Shown here: piece after piece, positions 13,651 to 26,740 of the stretch | How positions within the stretch are numbered: position 1 is the stretch's first letter | How the letters are laid out: every line of letters starts with the position of its first letter | Assembly (NCBI RefSeq): GCF_009834535.1 | Contig: NC_045696.1 | Location: 44,208,001-44,272,000, forward strand | From: Camelus ferus | Taxonomy: Eukaryota | Direction: 5' to 3' | DNA: 64,000 nt | Position numbers and translations under genes: made by a program | The notes under the pieces: generated by a model | The model's database searches: none | What the model saw: the letters and a program-made list of their open reading frames with translations, nothing else | Told to the model about the DNA's origin: nothing

Positions 13651-15035
13651 TTAAAATTATATTAAATCAAATAGTGTATTTGTGTCCCACTCAGCATTTT
13701 GGCACAAACTTCATTAAAATATTAGAAATTAAACTTGAACTCAAATGAACTAGGAGCAGTGTGTACAGGGACAAAGATGAACAACTCTTAGAAATCTGAA
13801 AATCTCTCTCGGTCAGGTTTGGATACAGGTGACAAATATTATCACTGATAACACTCATGATCACATCCGGTGATCTCTTTCCTATTTGTCTACTATTTTC
13901 AAAGAGGTTAAAAATTTAAGTAAATTGCAAAGGAAAAAAGTCAATGTGGGTTAAAATAAAATGAGGTAGCATTTAGAGATGAAAGTATTTTTGTCTTTGG
14001 CAAAATTCTCCTAATAAAAAACAACTACAAACATAAGAAGAGTTACTACTTTTAATTTATATTTGGACATTTTGTTTCTCAAGATGTTAACTCTCCCAGA
14101 AGTACCTTAGAACGGGGGCCTCTGTCACTAGTGCAAAATGTATCCAACTCTGAGGACCAAACAATATGTTTTCTCTCATTGACATTTATGTTCTTTAGTT
14201 TAACTAATTTCAAACAAATTTAGTTCTCTAAAATTAGTGCCACAAAACTCGCACTTTACCCACTACCAGTAGAAAAAAATGAGCTGTCAACATCAATTTC
14301 AGTTTTAAAGTAAGAAGCATGGTCTGTGTTTGAATGCAGATGTTGAAACTCCAAACACACAAATACTTTCTCTTAGCGGAGGCTTTATTTTTCCTAAGAA
14401 GGACAACTGTTTAGCAGCTTGTTTGAAAAAAAAAAAAAACATGAATGTAGAAACACGTAACAGCATGGGGGCTAAGTCTGACAGCATGAGCGCTACATAA
14501 AGGAACAATTACAAAATTGAATAGATGTTGCCACATCTTGCATAAGAAGTGGAAGTCATTTCCCAGGTTCTCTTCAGTTACAGCATCCTGATGCTATCAA
14601 CACAGGTATGAAGAGACTGCAAGTATCTTAGCATTGCAGTAAACCCACTGGGGGAAGACCAAAGCCTGATTTAATAGGAAATTCCTGTCACTCACAAGAA
14701 GTTAGCAGAAAAAAAATTAAAATGCTTTTATTTAATGATCACAGGCTGAAAAAAAAATATAAGTATGAGTTTTATGTCCTTACCCTGAGGTTGAACTCAG
14801 CCTGCTATGCTAATTGGAAATTATTGCATCATTTAGAACCCCAAATTACAAAATCAAGATGAGATCAGAATTGGTCACTAGGGTGCAGGCACATTTTTAT
14901 TGATTATCCATTATGTATCCTGATCTATGCTTGGTGCCCTGCATAAGTTATGACTGCCTTGTGATTAATTTCCAACAAATTTCAAATGTCAACAAAGTCA
15001 ACATGTTGAAACAATGAGGCCAGCAATTCTTTGCT

Positions 15036-15733
15036 GTGTAACCACGAGAGTAACCTAAAGAATAAAATAGTGGAGAATAAAGGAATAAAATAGGAATTCC
15101 AGCAGTCTAAGCCTGTGCCCACACAACGAGAGAGGGGCCTGGTAGGGGAGCACTTCTATCCTTGGAAAATTAAGAGAAAATAGCATTGTAAGTGGAAATG
15201 TCGGTTGTGACTATTACAAGTGTCCTTAGAGTGTTGCTAATCAATCATTTTACTTCCACTTAGGGACTTCGAGATTGTTCAATTAAACGGTGCAAGACTT
15301 CACCTATTACAACCCTGCTAGGCGTTCAGCTCCCTTTTAGACAGCTAAGGGAGAGCTGTTTGCACAGCTCACCCTTCCTCAATAGTTGACACCGGACAGA
15401 CTCACAGAAACACCCTAGTTACAAGGGCATCTGCTGTTTGTACTGCTCAGCTAGAGGTAACATGGAGCCTGGGTATCCGGGGGCTCTCAGCATCCACCTG
15501 AGGATCCACTGAGCTGAGCCACGACATAGGGGTGAGAGGTTCATGCCTGAGTGAAGCTGGGAGACTCCACTCCCATGGAGGACATTCCAGGACATTCAAG
15601 TAAGTTCTCTCACAACGCTCCTTCTCTAGGTCAAAACACCCAACCCTTGCTGGGAAATAAAATGAGTTCCCAGACCTCTAAAGCACCTTTGTTTGTTCTC
15701 CTCTGCCTGAGTCTCCCTGTAGTTGCTCTCACA
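15036..15733 (+). mobile_element. Possible old LTR, family unassigned
   Basis: GC-richer block starting TG and ending CA, with AATAAA (~15656) followed by a U5-like pyrimidine stretch; no TSD found. Confidence 0.3.
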
Positions 15734-16014
15734 AAAATTTGTTATTTTTTCATAGCTCACTCTTCCTCAATGTCCAACAAATACCCTGTATCTTATTTTC
15801 TTCAAACAGTAGTTCTCTTTTTCATTTTCAAATTAAACATGACAGCCCAGTAAAACAAGAGCACAGAGGAAATTAGTCAAGTGTTCCCAGGTGATAAAAT
15901 GAAGTATTTATGTTTCATCTTTCAAGCACACCTTAGAACACAAAGGGGATCTGAATAGTTGTTTTCCTGTTAAAATAGGTTATCCATTTATAACCTGTCA
16001 CATGAATAACAATG

Positions 16015-16350
16015 GCTTCAGTAAGTTGTAGGTTTTCGGATATATTATCTCTAATCCTGGTCATACTGGGGAAGCTGCACGGTGGATATTACGAGATACA
16101 GTCCAGAGATTAGGAAACCGAGGCTCAGTAGAGTTAGTCCAAGTCTCAGAGGAAAAACAGCAACCAGCTTGACACAGTCAGTAGGTTCTGAATCTCATGT
16201 TCTCTTTTGGGGGGGATGGGGGAAGGTAATTAGGTTTATTGCTTATTTTTGGAGGAGGTACTGGGGATTGAACCCAGGACCTCATGCATGAGAAGCATGC
16301 CAACCACTAGAGCTATCCCTTCCCCACTGAATCTCATGTTCTTTACACTA
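16015..16350 (-). mobile_element. MIR hosting a younger SINE
   Basis: 'cagagattaggaaaccgaggctcag...gttagtccaagtctcaga'. Confidence 0.6.
16204..16326 (-). mobile_element. tRNA-derived SINE (camelid Vic-1-like)
   Basis: Antisense B-box 'ggggattgaaccc'; perfect 16-bp TSD ctgaatctcatgttct at 16188-16203 and 16327-16342. Confidence 0.9.
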
Positions 16351-17877
16351 AACTTACCTCTGTTAGAGTACAAGAGAGAACAGGAAGGCGCTCAAGCCAT
16401 ACAGCTTCAAAAATACAAAGATTTTAATGGCAGAAATAGAAGAAGCCTAACAGCAAGAACAGAAGTGATCTTTCTGGAGTAATGATAGCAAAAGCATGTA
16501 TGAGTCTCAGCAAATACTGAGAAAATGTGGTGATATGCAAAATGCCTCCAAGAAACCTGTGAGAACTGCAGAAGAAGCCAAACTCAATCAGAGCCTCATC
16601 AGAGCTGGAGAGTTTCTAATAGCTTTTATGCAAAAATTGATGGTTCGAAGAGACATACTTACACATATGCAAATATTGTTTCATCCAGCTGTGAGGATTT
16701 ACTCAGTTACTTTCAATATTCTGTGTCTTCCTAAACATAGTTAATAGTTTTTCTCAGGTTAAAGATTATAAAGGATTGTAAACCTGAATATGATATAGCC
16801 ATAAGAGCATTAACCCATTGAACCAGGCAGAGTATGAGTATTAAGTTGACCGTGGGTGTGATGCTGTTAACACTATTAGCTCGTGAGTTGGAATGATTAC
16901 TCAAGTGGCATGAAACTCGGATCATTCAGCTCTCCAGAAAGAATAATCTGCACCAGATCAGTAATGTCGGAAGCAAGTGTCCTTAAGCAGAGACAGCCTC
17001 TGATTTGGGGGACTCAATGGAATAATACATATTTAAAATTTAAACGTAAATACTCAAGTCCACTTCTCACCTCATTGTTATTCCTTAAAATAAACATGAG
17101 ATTGGACACCATTTCTTTGATTTAATTGGTCATTTTCAGAGGGACAAGAATAGTCTTTATCAAATAAGAATTAATATGATGCCTGATGAGATTATCTCCA
17201 CAGTGACCTCAAGAAGATTGTTTCCTAAATCAGTCATTAAAATTAACATGTGCATCACTCCAAAGATGCAAAACAATTTCTTGCAGATGAAAACTTTATA
17301 TATTAAAAGAGTGATTTGATGAATAATTTGAACACTGGAGTGCTAGTCTCACTATCATCTAATATTTAATTGAGAATATTTGGTTAAAAAGCCAAAGCAA
17401 CACTTTGCTGAGAAGTTCACATATAGTCTCAATTTTCTCAGAAGACCTTTATAAAAGCAAGCGATGGACAATGATAGAATTATTATTTGTTCACACGGCA
17501 GTCGTCTGAGTGTCTCCTATGCTTCTGAAATATGTAAGAATGACTCAGAAAGAAATTTATAGTTGTTAACTGTCTATTTCCCCCATTCAACCAAGTTATT
17601 ATTATTACTTTTTAAAACTCATATTGCTCTCATTCCATCAGTACTCGGAGAGACATGTCTTACAGCAAGATACACTTTGGTAGCATTCCAGTGACCAGGG
17701 AGAGTAATCAGTCACCATTATTAATCTTTGACTATGGGAAGGTTGTTAAATAAAAGGGAATGTGTTATCCTAAAAAAAGAAAACAAGATTGTATCCATTA
17801 TGTTATTCAATAGATAAGTGCTATTAATACATATGTTTAAAGAAGTCCAGTTGATATATATGTATATCTCTCTCTCA

Positions 17878-17880
<3 letters not shown>

Positions 17881-17918
<38 letters not shown>

Positions 17919-17928
17919 CACACACACA
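17881..17928. repeat. (CA)n microsatellite
   Basis: Directly visible. Confidence 0.95.
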
Positions 17929-18868
17929 GAGACAAATGTGTATTCAAAGTGGAAAAACAAAAAGTCATGGTATCAGAGTAGAATAATAGTCTCTGGGGAA
18001 AAAAATTATAAGGCAAAAAGATTTTTGACAATTTTTTCCTTGGGAGAACACATATGTAATATTTAAGCCATTATTTATGTTCTTTCTCTTCAAAAAAATT
18101 ACCAATGCACATTGTTTCCAGGACGGAGGCTCATTTTATCTTCACTATATTGCTTATTATAATTAAGAGCTTGGAAGCTTAAGATGGGATGAAATATTAC
18201 ATTAACCTAAGCAAAAATGGTATCTCCAAATTACAGCTATTAATGAACACCATACTCCTTCTGAGAGTTATTAAACTAAAGTGTAAAACAATCATATATT
18301 TTAAATTCAGATATAAAACCTGATACAGCATCAGGAAATGTGCTGTTGGTCAGCAACATATGAGCATCGACTACCCATACGGCGGACTTATACCTTTATT
18401 TGGGGGAGGTATTTGAGACTCCCAAGCAACTCTGGCATTCTCTGCTTATTGGAAACTGTTCTAGTTTCTGTTTACATGTTATCTTTTTCACTCGTTAATC
18501 TGGCATTACCTATCACTAAGGATTCAGATATGTGAAATAGAAAAATCACTTTGAGTTCAGAGCAATAGTTGAACTTTGTTATAGAAGTCCTAGTTTATTT
18601 CAAACGATTTACATACATACCTGGAGAGGACATCACTGATAGCTAGTTCTGTAGGTATTGACCCAGATTTCCAGTCTTTGCTTCTGAACTGTATGAAGAC
18701 TATTTCCTATTTTCATTAGATAGGCGAGCCCTCCCTGTGAAAAGATTTGAAGTTTAGTGTGTTCCCTTTCAAAAAAGACAAAGGCAGTTTCCAGTTACTT
18801 TTTTTTTTTTTTTTTTGGTAGGAATTGGGGGAGAAACACTCAGTAATCTGGTATAAGGACCATGTTGG

Positions 18869-19311
18869 TGTTGTAGGCAAAAACGTGCCCTCCCCCCAAA
18901 AAAAGGATATACAAGTCAAATCCCTAGGACTAGTTACCTTAATTGGGGAAAAAAAAAGGGTCTTTTTAGATGGAATTAAGTTAAGGGTTTTAGAGATGAG
19001 GTCATCCTGGGTTACCAAGATGGGCTTAAATTTAAGGACAAGTGTCTTTACAAGAGACACAGGGGAGGTCTGGCAGACAGAAGAGAAGGAGACTGTGTGA
19101 CTAGGAAAGCAGAGGTTGGAGTCCTGCTGCCGACAGACAACAAAAGCTGGAAGGACAGAATCCAGACTAGAGGCTCTGGAGGGAGCAGGGCCCTGCGGGC
19201 AGACACCTCGAGGTCAGGTTCCTGGCCTCAGGAACTGGCAGAGAATACAGTTCTGTTTTAAGTTATCCAGTTTGTGGTAATCTGTCACATCAGCCCCAGT
19301 AAACTGATAGA
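18869..19311 (+). mobile_element. MaLR solo LTR (MLT1B/C/D-like), full length
   Basis: MLT1 motifs 'aattaagttaagggttttagagatgaggtcatcctgg' and 'ttgtggtaatctgtcaca'; 5-bp TSD gttgg at 18864-18868 and 19312-19316. Confidence 0.9.
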
Positions 19312-19592
19312 GTTGGCAAACATGTTTATAACTGAAGTCTTGAAATCAAGAAGATTAATAAAATTACGAAAATTTATAGAATGGGAGAGCACGAAATCAT
19401 ATATGTGAGGGAAACAGGCATAATCAATTACTAGGCTGTGTTGTGAGGGAGTACAGAAATGAATGTTGGATGAATAAGGAGATGTGTGTATGTGTGAGAA
19501 AATTCCACTTAGAAGAGTCATCCAAGCATTGGGGGACACTGGGGGTTGGTTGGGGCAGGAGTCTTAAAAGATACATTTACTAGGACATGAAA

Positions 19593-19722
19593 GGGGGAAG
19601 GGTATAGATCAAGTGGTAAAGCACATGCTTAGCATGCAGGAGATCTTGGGTTCAATCCCCAGGACCTCTTCTAAAATAAATAAATAAATAAATAAGCCTA
19701 ATTACATGCTCCCCCCCCCCCA
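19593..19722 (+). mobile_element. tRNA-derived SINE (camelid Vic-1-like)
   Basis: A-box 'tagatcaagtggt', B-box 'gggttcaatccc', (TAAA)n then 'cctaattac' and a C-run; degenerate TSD ending 'taggacatgaaa'/'taggaggtgaaa'. Confidence 0.9.
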
Positions 19723-22700
19723 AAGAATATATACATTAGGAGGTGAAACAGGATGTATACATATTATGTGTGAAGATGAGCTTCTCTATGTGGGATGGTA
19801 CTGGTTGAAAACCACGAGTTCTTGAATTCAGCCATTTTATTTTTCAGAATTTTATTTTTCTATGTATTAGTCTCAACAATACCCAAGGACCAAGGACAAT
19901 TACTTCCAGGACCTGACAAGTTTCATTAACCAAACCAAAATTTTACTTTCTATTCACCAATTAACATTTTCAACAGGGGTCAATATATGATAGACTAGTG
20001 CTCTCCCAGTCCTCATCATCCTTTAAGGGCGCTCTTGTCCCATCAGGTGGAAGGGGGGATTATACCTTAGCTGTCCAGATTCAGAAGCCAATGGCATGAA
20101 GCAGTCAATTTACCGTGTACCACTAGCTGTAAGTGTCCAAGACCAAGTAATAGACTGGAAAATCAGGAGCTATGGTCTGTGCTGTAAATGCTCCAAGTAT
20201 CTTTTCACCTTATAAAATAGGGTGATGGAGGATCGTTATCATTAAAACAAACAAAAAAGAAATTCACCAAAATAATTTGATTCCATTTTACCAATTCTAA
20301 AATAAGCTAGAAATATATACACTATACTCAAACTGCATTGACAGATCATTTTACTGTGAAATGAGTAGTACCCAAGGGACCAAAATTCAAAAAGAAACAT
20401 TAAAGTTTCAAATACAGGCATTACCCTTTTCAGATACCCAACTCACACAGGGACAATGACAGCTACTGTCTCTCCCAACAGCCAGATTTCAGAGCAGCTT
20501 TTGTGTCTGCCTCAGTTAAAGGAAGAGGAAATTGAGAGCAAATGTTAAAAGTTATATGATTAAAGGTCATTTTATACAAGGTTTTGGAAGGAGGATTTGT
20601 CCTCATGACATAGGATTTGGTTGACTTCAAAATTGGACAGTAATTTTGTATTGAATCCCTGTGGATGAATTCAATTTCATCTAATAGTATATGCATACTG
20701 GGTACTAATTTATGCATATTAGTGTTCAGTATACATGCTGTGAAAAAGGCCCATAGTCCCATCACAGACCTGGGGTTGTTACTAGTATTTAACAGGCTAT
20801 AGATACCAACATATTCAATAAAGAAATAAGAGCCAACTTTGGAAACTGGCCAGAAAAAAAAGAAAGATGGGATTCTTCCTCATTTTTATTGAAAAGCTGA
20901 GGTTTGTTTTAAAATGCTGAATAGAAAGATAGTCTACAATTTTTAAAAGTTATTTAAGTGTCCAAATCTTTTTATTCAGCTGAATTATAGGAAATTTGGA
21001 ATTGAAAGGTATTTCCTCATATTTGGTAAGGAAAAAAAGTTTCTTCATAATGAAGGCTTTCTGGATGAAAATGTTTCATGACTACAGAATGAATGAAAAA
21101 ATCAAAATGTATCACACCTTCTTGGGTGGCCAGAGGAACAGAGATGTATGCTTTAATTGGAATGTGGCAAGTGTTCTAAGGTGCACAGTGTGATAGTAAT
21201 TTATTGTGTGATGCATTAAAATAGTGTTTGGCAAGTTAAGCATGCTACAGTAAAAAGTTGCATGTGAGGGTACCAGGGGGATGGAAAAACAGAAATGAAC
21301 TATATTTCCAGATCTCTGTTAAAAAACAGAATAGAAAACAAAAACCAGAAAACTTTTCACATAGTTATAAAGATGCTATTTGAGAAACCAAAAACTTGTA
21401 CTGAGGAGAACTTAAATTTTAATATAGCAGACACTTTGCTCTGAAAAAAAATTTTTACTTGTTTAAATACTAACACATGTTTAGTCCATAAAATTTTATT
21501 TAAAGGGGTGTACCCCTAGTTAGTCTTAAGAGTTATCTTAGAACATTTTTATGAACATTTCAGATGTATATGTTAGTGTCATGATTGACTAAGAACTAGT
21601 CATTATATGAAATTTCTCTGTTTTCACCAAAATAAATGTCCTTAACTACTTTAAAATATACGAAATAACTAAATGCGTATACCTTTAACCATAAGCCCTG
21701 AAATCTCATGGCCATGATTAGCATTTAGTCATTTACTAATGTACCAACATATCTGCATACTCCATGGAAATATAGATTGTTAAAAAAATGCATAAAGTAT
21801 ATTTGAAAAAAATCCTTTATGAAGTGAAAACTGAATCTGACAGGGTAAGCTAGAATTGAAAGGGAGTGTCTTGGGTCAAAGGTGGTTATTTTTCTAGGTT
21901 CAGGATACAGATCCATTTAATTTCACTCATATTTAGCATTTCCTATAACCCCTTCCCCAATCCCACACACAGACACCCTACTTACTTTGAGAAAAATGGG
22001 AGTTCCAGAGTTCAGCAGAAGATAATAAAGCACAGCAATCAAGATCAACAGTGTCTGAAGGCATCTGAGGTCACAGATAAGTCACTGCCACCCTCTGTGA
22101 TGCCTCAGTGAACCCTAAAACCTTAACCATACTTGGAGTAATTAATAACAGCAATTATATGCTGGAGCCGCCCACGCTGAGGGGGTCCCACAGAAACAGA
22201 ACAGCCGGCATGCTGCAGACGGTGGCTGAGAAAAGAAAAACAACAAGGACTAGGAAATGATCACTTTCGTAGGGCTTTTGGACAAAGAAGTGAATGTGGC
22301 CTTTCCTAGAACAGACAAGATGGTGTGGTCGAAGTAGGCTCACGTTTTACATGCCCTGAATTTGTTGTAGAAGTCTGATTTGTTATTATTCCTTTATCTG
22401 CTAACAGTCTATCCCATTTTTTTGAAATTATATTGAAACCAAATCAATGAAAACCTAAATGAGGACCATTTGAATTTATAGACCAAGTACGTGATTCCTA
22501 AGTATGTTCTTAGCGTACGTACTTGCATAAGTTATACACAGATCACAGCCCTAAGTGCTGCGAGAAATTTAAAGACAGCAAATGAAAAACAATACTTATT
22601 AAACATCTATTTTGTGCCAGGTCCTCTCTCTCTCTCTCTTTCTCTCTCAGTCCCCTTGGTTTTGGTTTCTGTTTTTCGGTAGTGGTGTTGGTGACAGGGT

Positions 22701-23196
22701 ACACGAGTAAGTGAAGACAGAGAAATAGAGAAAAGCACTCAAGCTCGGGGATGCGGATTTCTGGTTATTGCTCTGATACACTAAGCTTTTTTTTTTGACT
22801 AGTTACCACATATATGCGTATCAAAAATACACCACTAATCCCTTTCATAAAGAAAAGCATATCTTAACCTGTAAACATAGGGATAAATATACAATAACTG
22901 ATTTACTTAAAGCATGTTTTAATATCCTGTGTAGAAGTAAATATTCTAGCAATGGTAACGGAATATGCTGGACTCACACCTACAGCGCAGACAGGAAAGA
23001 GTGTGCATAGACTATAGGCACAGGCCAGGGGGAAAGGAGTTAAAAGGTGCTGGGGTTTGGTAGACTCGGTCATAAATACGGAACCTCAGTCCACTTGAAC
23101 AGCGCTAATTACCCAATTTTACTACTCTCTTGTCTTTGATATATAACATATATGTATGACATGAAAATTAATCACAATGAAAATAAATCTTTCAAG

Positions 23197-23737
23197 CTAT
23201 GTTTTGATTTTCAATTGTGGTGTTGTAAATTACCACAAACTTACAACACCACCTATTCATTGCCTCACAAGCCTGTACGTCATTTTAAGTGAGTTCAGCT
23301 GGGCCAGGCAGGGCTCTTATTTAGAAGTTCTGGAAAGAATCTGTTTCCAAGTCAATTCAAGTATTTGACAGACTCAAGTTCCTTGCAGTGTTGGCCTGAG
23401 ATCACTGACCCTGGCTGGTTGTCAGGGGCCTCTCTCTCCTCCTCAAGGCCACTTGCACTTCTCCTATGATCCCCACCTCTAACAAGCACAGGTATGTTGA
23501 GTCCTCAGACAGTCGTCTCTCTCTGACATTTCCTTCTGCTCCCAGCCAAGAAAGTTCTCTGTTTTCAAAGGCTGATGTGACTACATAGGGCTCACATAGA
23601 TAATCCAGGACAGTCTCCTTACATTAAGGTACATCATGCCATTTAACAACAATCATGAACATGATGTCATATTTTAGGTTCTAGGGATTAGAGCTGGATA
23701 TCTTTGGAGGAACATTTAAAAATGTCGGCTTAACACA
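23197..23737 (-). mobile_element. MaLR LTR (MLT1D-like)
   Basis: 'gtaaattaccacaaactt', 'aaagttctctgttttcaaaggctgatgtgact...gataatccagga', 'ttctagggattagagctggatatctttggagg'. Confidence 0.85.
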
Positions 23738-24701
23738 GCTATAAAATTGCATTCCAAAAGTACAAAGCACAATGGCCAAACAGTACTGATTTATTCTTCC
23801 CTACCCCGTCCCCTTCCCCCTAAAAAAGGACTTCAATCATGGTAGTAGAATCTGGAGGCTATCCATCCAACAGTTGCTTTCTCCAGATATGAAGAAGGAA
23901 GATGTAATCATGGTTGTCTGACACTGAAACGTCTTATGGCCTCTTCCCTGGAAACATTACTAAGATCAATGACTCCTTCCTCCATGTCTTCCACATTTAG
24001 ATGCATAATCCTTTTAAATTACCAAGATTTCTAATATGTTGCTTGGGTACATGAACTGAAACTTATGTATTTAATGGGTTTAGGAGATCAATATAGTAAT
24101 GTTTTGTGCTCAAGATGGGCTTTTTTCACCCTGTAATTATAGTTCTTGACTGAAACTTAGATGCTTTTGCAACTGAACTCATTAATTCTCAGCCCAGTCC
24201 CTATGCCTTGACCTTTCCAAATGTGGTCTTCACACTCCTAGAAAAAAAACTTTTAAAAGGGATAAATATGACAATATAAACTCTTATTTTTAAAAGAGAA
24301 AGTCGGCTGAATGGTCTTTAAAAACATGTTTTCAAACATTCTTCAAGCACTTCAATCTACTACTTAGAAAAAATTTCTTGGAGAAGACATAAAACACAGA
24401 ATTTATCTCTTCTACTTTATAAATCATTCATCTAACTTATGCTCAAAGGAACAACACAGAACTTCTAGTATTCAGCATTTCAGGTTGTTTAATAGAAATA
24501 TATGCAGCACACATAAACACAAAATTGTGTGTTTGTGTGTGTGTATGTGTGTGTGTATATTGTAGTTATCACATTCTCTAAATCACAATTGTATATTCAC
24601 ATAAATATCTGAAAAGCATTCACTCAGAAATATGTAGGCAACCAATTATGGGTTAAAACACTTAAATTTTTTCAGACTATGTATATTTTAAAAATTCTTT
24701 G

Positions 24702-25069
24702 CATCCCTGGGATGAATGGTATACCATATGATATCACTCATATGTGGAATCTAAAACAAGCAAACAAACAAGCAAACTTATTTACAAAACAGAAACAGAC
24801 TCACAGACATAGAAAACAAACTTACGGTTACCAGCGGGAAAGGGGGTAGGAAGGGATAAATTGGGAGTTTGAGATTTGCAGATACTGACTGGTATATATA
24901 AAATAGATAAACAAGTTTATACTGTATAGCACAGGGAACTATATTCGGTATCTTGTAGTAGCTTGTGGTGAAAAAGAATATGAAAACAGATATATGTATA
25001 TTCAGGTATGACTGAAGCACTGTGCTGTACACCAGAAATTGACACAACACTATAAACTGATTACACTTC
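24702..25069 (+). mobile_element. L1 3' end (lineage-specific type), 5'-truncated, with a short inverted ORF2 piece and no poly(A) tail
   Basis: ORF2 end 'ataccatatgatatcactcatatgtggaatctaaaa'; 3' UTR 'ggttaccagcgggaaagggggtaggaagggataaattgggag'; TSD aattctttg at 24693-24701 and 25070-25078. Confidence 0.9.
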
Positions 25070-25663
25070 AATTCTTTGTGTTTGAAAACAGGTGACAATA
25101 GATGTGGCAAATGACACATGCCTATTTAAGATAGATTATTAATCAAAACGATGTATTGTTGAAAAAATTACATATCATTAAAATAATTTTCTAAAAATAA
25201 AAATATTCTCTATAACTCCACTTCCACAACAATTTTTTCACTTTATGTTTAATCTGTGTGTACTTGCATACTTATTGATAAATTCAATTCTTTTCAAATA
25301 TTATTCAAATAACATATCAATAAACATTACTCATGTTCCTTCGTAATTTCCATGATGACATGGTTTTCATTAGTTCACTAAGTCATGCCTTTTTCATTAG
25401 ACATTTAAGTAATTTCCACTTTGGGTGCTTTTTTTGTGTGTTTTTCTGGTTCATCTCAATTATTATATCATAAGCAAATCAAAAGAATTTCCTGTGGGTA
25501 GTATTGCAAAGTAACTGCTTGAAATAAATATTTTCTGTATTTCATACTTTTCTTTTCTATCTTTTTGGTCCTTTTCCTGCTTCTCTCTACTTGATCATGG
25601 GCCAAGCTGATTCCAACAAAGGCTTCTCACTTCTAGAACACAGAGCACACATGATTACTTGGA

Positions 25664-25810
25664 CAGTGTTTCTCAAAATGCGGTCTATGCACCATCTGAT
25701 CAGCATACCCAGATGCTTGCTGAAATAGAGGAAACCCTGGCCCCACCCTGGCCCCACCCTGGATTTATCCCATCAGAATCTCTGTGCTGGGGGTGAGGGT
25801 TACAAATCCT
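25664..25810. mobile_element. MER5A/B (hAT-Charlie)
   Basis: 'cagtgtttctcaaaatgcggtc...catcagaatctctg'; contains a small tandem duplication of accctggcccc. Confidence 0.7.
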
Positions 25811-26479
25811 TGGGATATTTATTTCAAAATTTTTTTTCAAGTTTCCTTCCCTTGGAAAAGTATTTTTATTTTCCCATTGTGCTTCTTTTATACATTCTAA
25901 TTTACTGAGACAGTTTCTTTAGGAACTGTTCACTTAAAAAAACCAATCGAATCAAAGGTCATTATCTATTGTTCACTGCAGACTATATTTTCTAAAATGA
26001 TCTGTAAAATCTCCATTTATATTTAGAACTATTATTTATAAAATCATTACAGTAAAACCAGTCTACATATTCCCTCTAATGCTGAGTTTGCTTGATACTT
26101 TTCTTTGTTTCTAAGTGCAAAACTGACTCCCAAGGGGGCTTTTCTCAATGTTTCAGCATCTGCTCTAGCTGAATCTGGAATAACATTTGAGATTCATTTG
26201 GTTTCAGATTTATTGTATTGTTCTATTTTCTACAACAGTGCATACAATCCAGTTTTTTTTGTTTGTTTCAAAAAACCTACTTCTAAAAAATACAAGACAC
26301 ACGTTTGTCTTAAAGGGTCTACACCTACCAAACAATTGCCCTAACCCAGACTCCCACTCAACATACATCATAGCTGTGGGAGCTAACGCTGTACAGCGTG
26401 TGCGTTCAGGATGCTCCCAGAATCTTACCGGAGAACTCAAAGTTACTTCTTGGTATACTCTACCATCACAATTATATCA

Positions 26480-26740
26480 GTAAAAAATAATAGTAATACA
26501 ATACACATTTTGCCAATCACTATTCTAATTATTTTAAAAATATTAACTCATAAGACTCAAAACAATCTTATGATAAATACTATTAGTCTCATCATTCCCA
26601 TTATACAGATGATGACAGGTGAAGCAAAGACAGATGAAGTAACTTGCTCACCACAGCTAGTAAGTGGCATGGCCAGGGATTTAATTTCTGCAGAATCCAT
26701 AAGATTCTAATCAATACCCTTAACCATTAAGACATGCACC
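26480..26740 (-). mobile_element. MIR
   Basis: 'cccattatacagatga...gaagtaacttgctcaccacagctagtaagtggc'. Confidence 0.8.

Noticed and set aside
14567..14611. Micro-exon-like segment ending cag|gtatga
   Set aside because: Several competing weak acceptors and no supporting evidence
16358..16448. Minus-strand segment between an acceptor-like site and gag|gtaagt
   Set aside because: All frames are closed, the body is pyrimidine-rich and intron-like, and the donor lies at a MIR edge
16496..16744. 82-aa ORF with plausible composition
   Set aside because: No splice signals, no recognised homology and no other support
19593..19670. tRNA-like sequence (also at 16204 and 42425)
   Set aside because: These are SINE heads with tails and TSDs and lack an intact acceptor stem, so they are not tRNA genes
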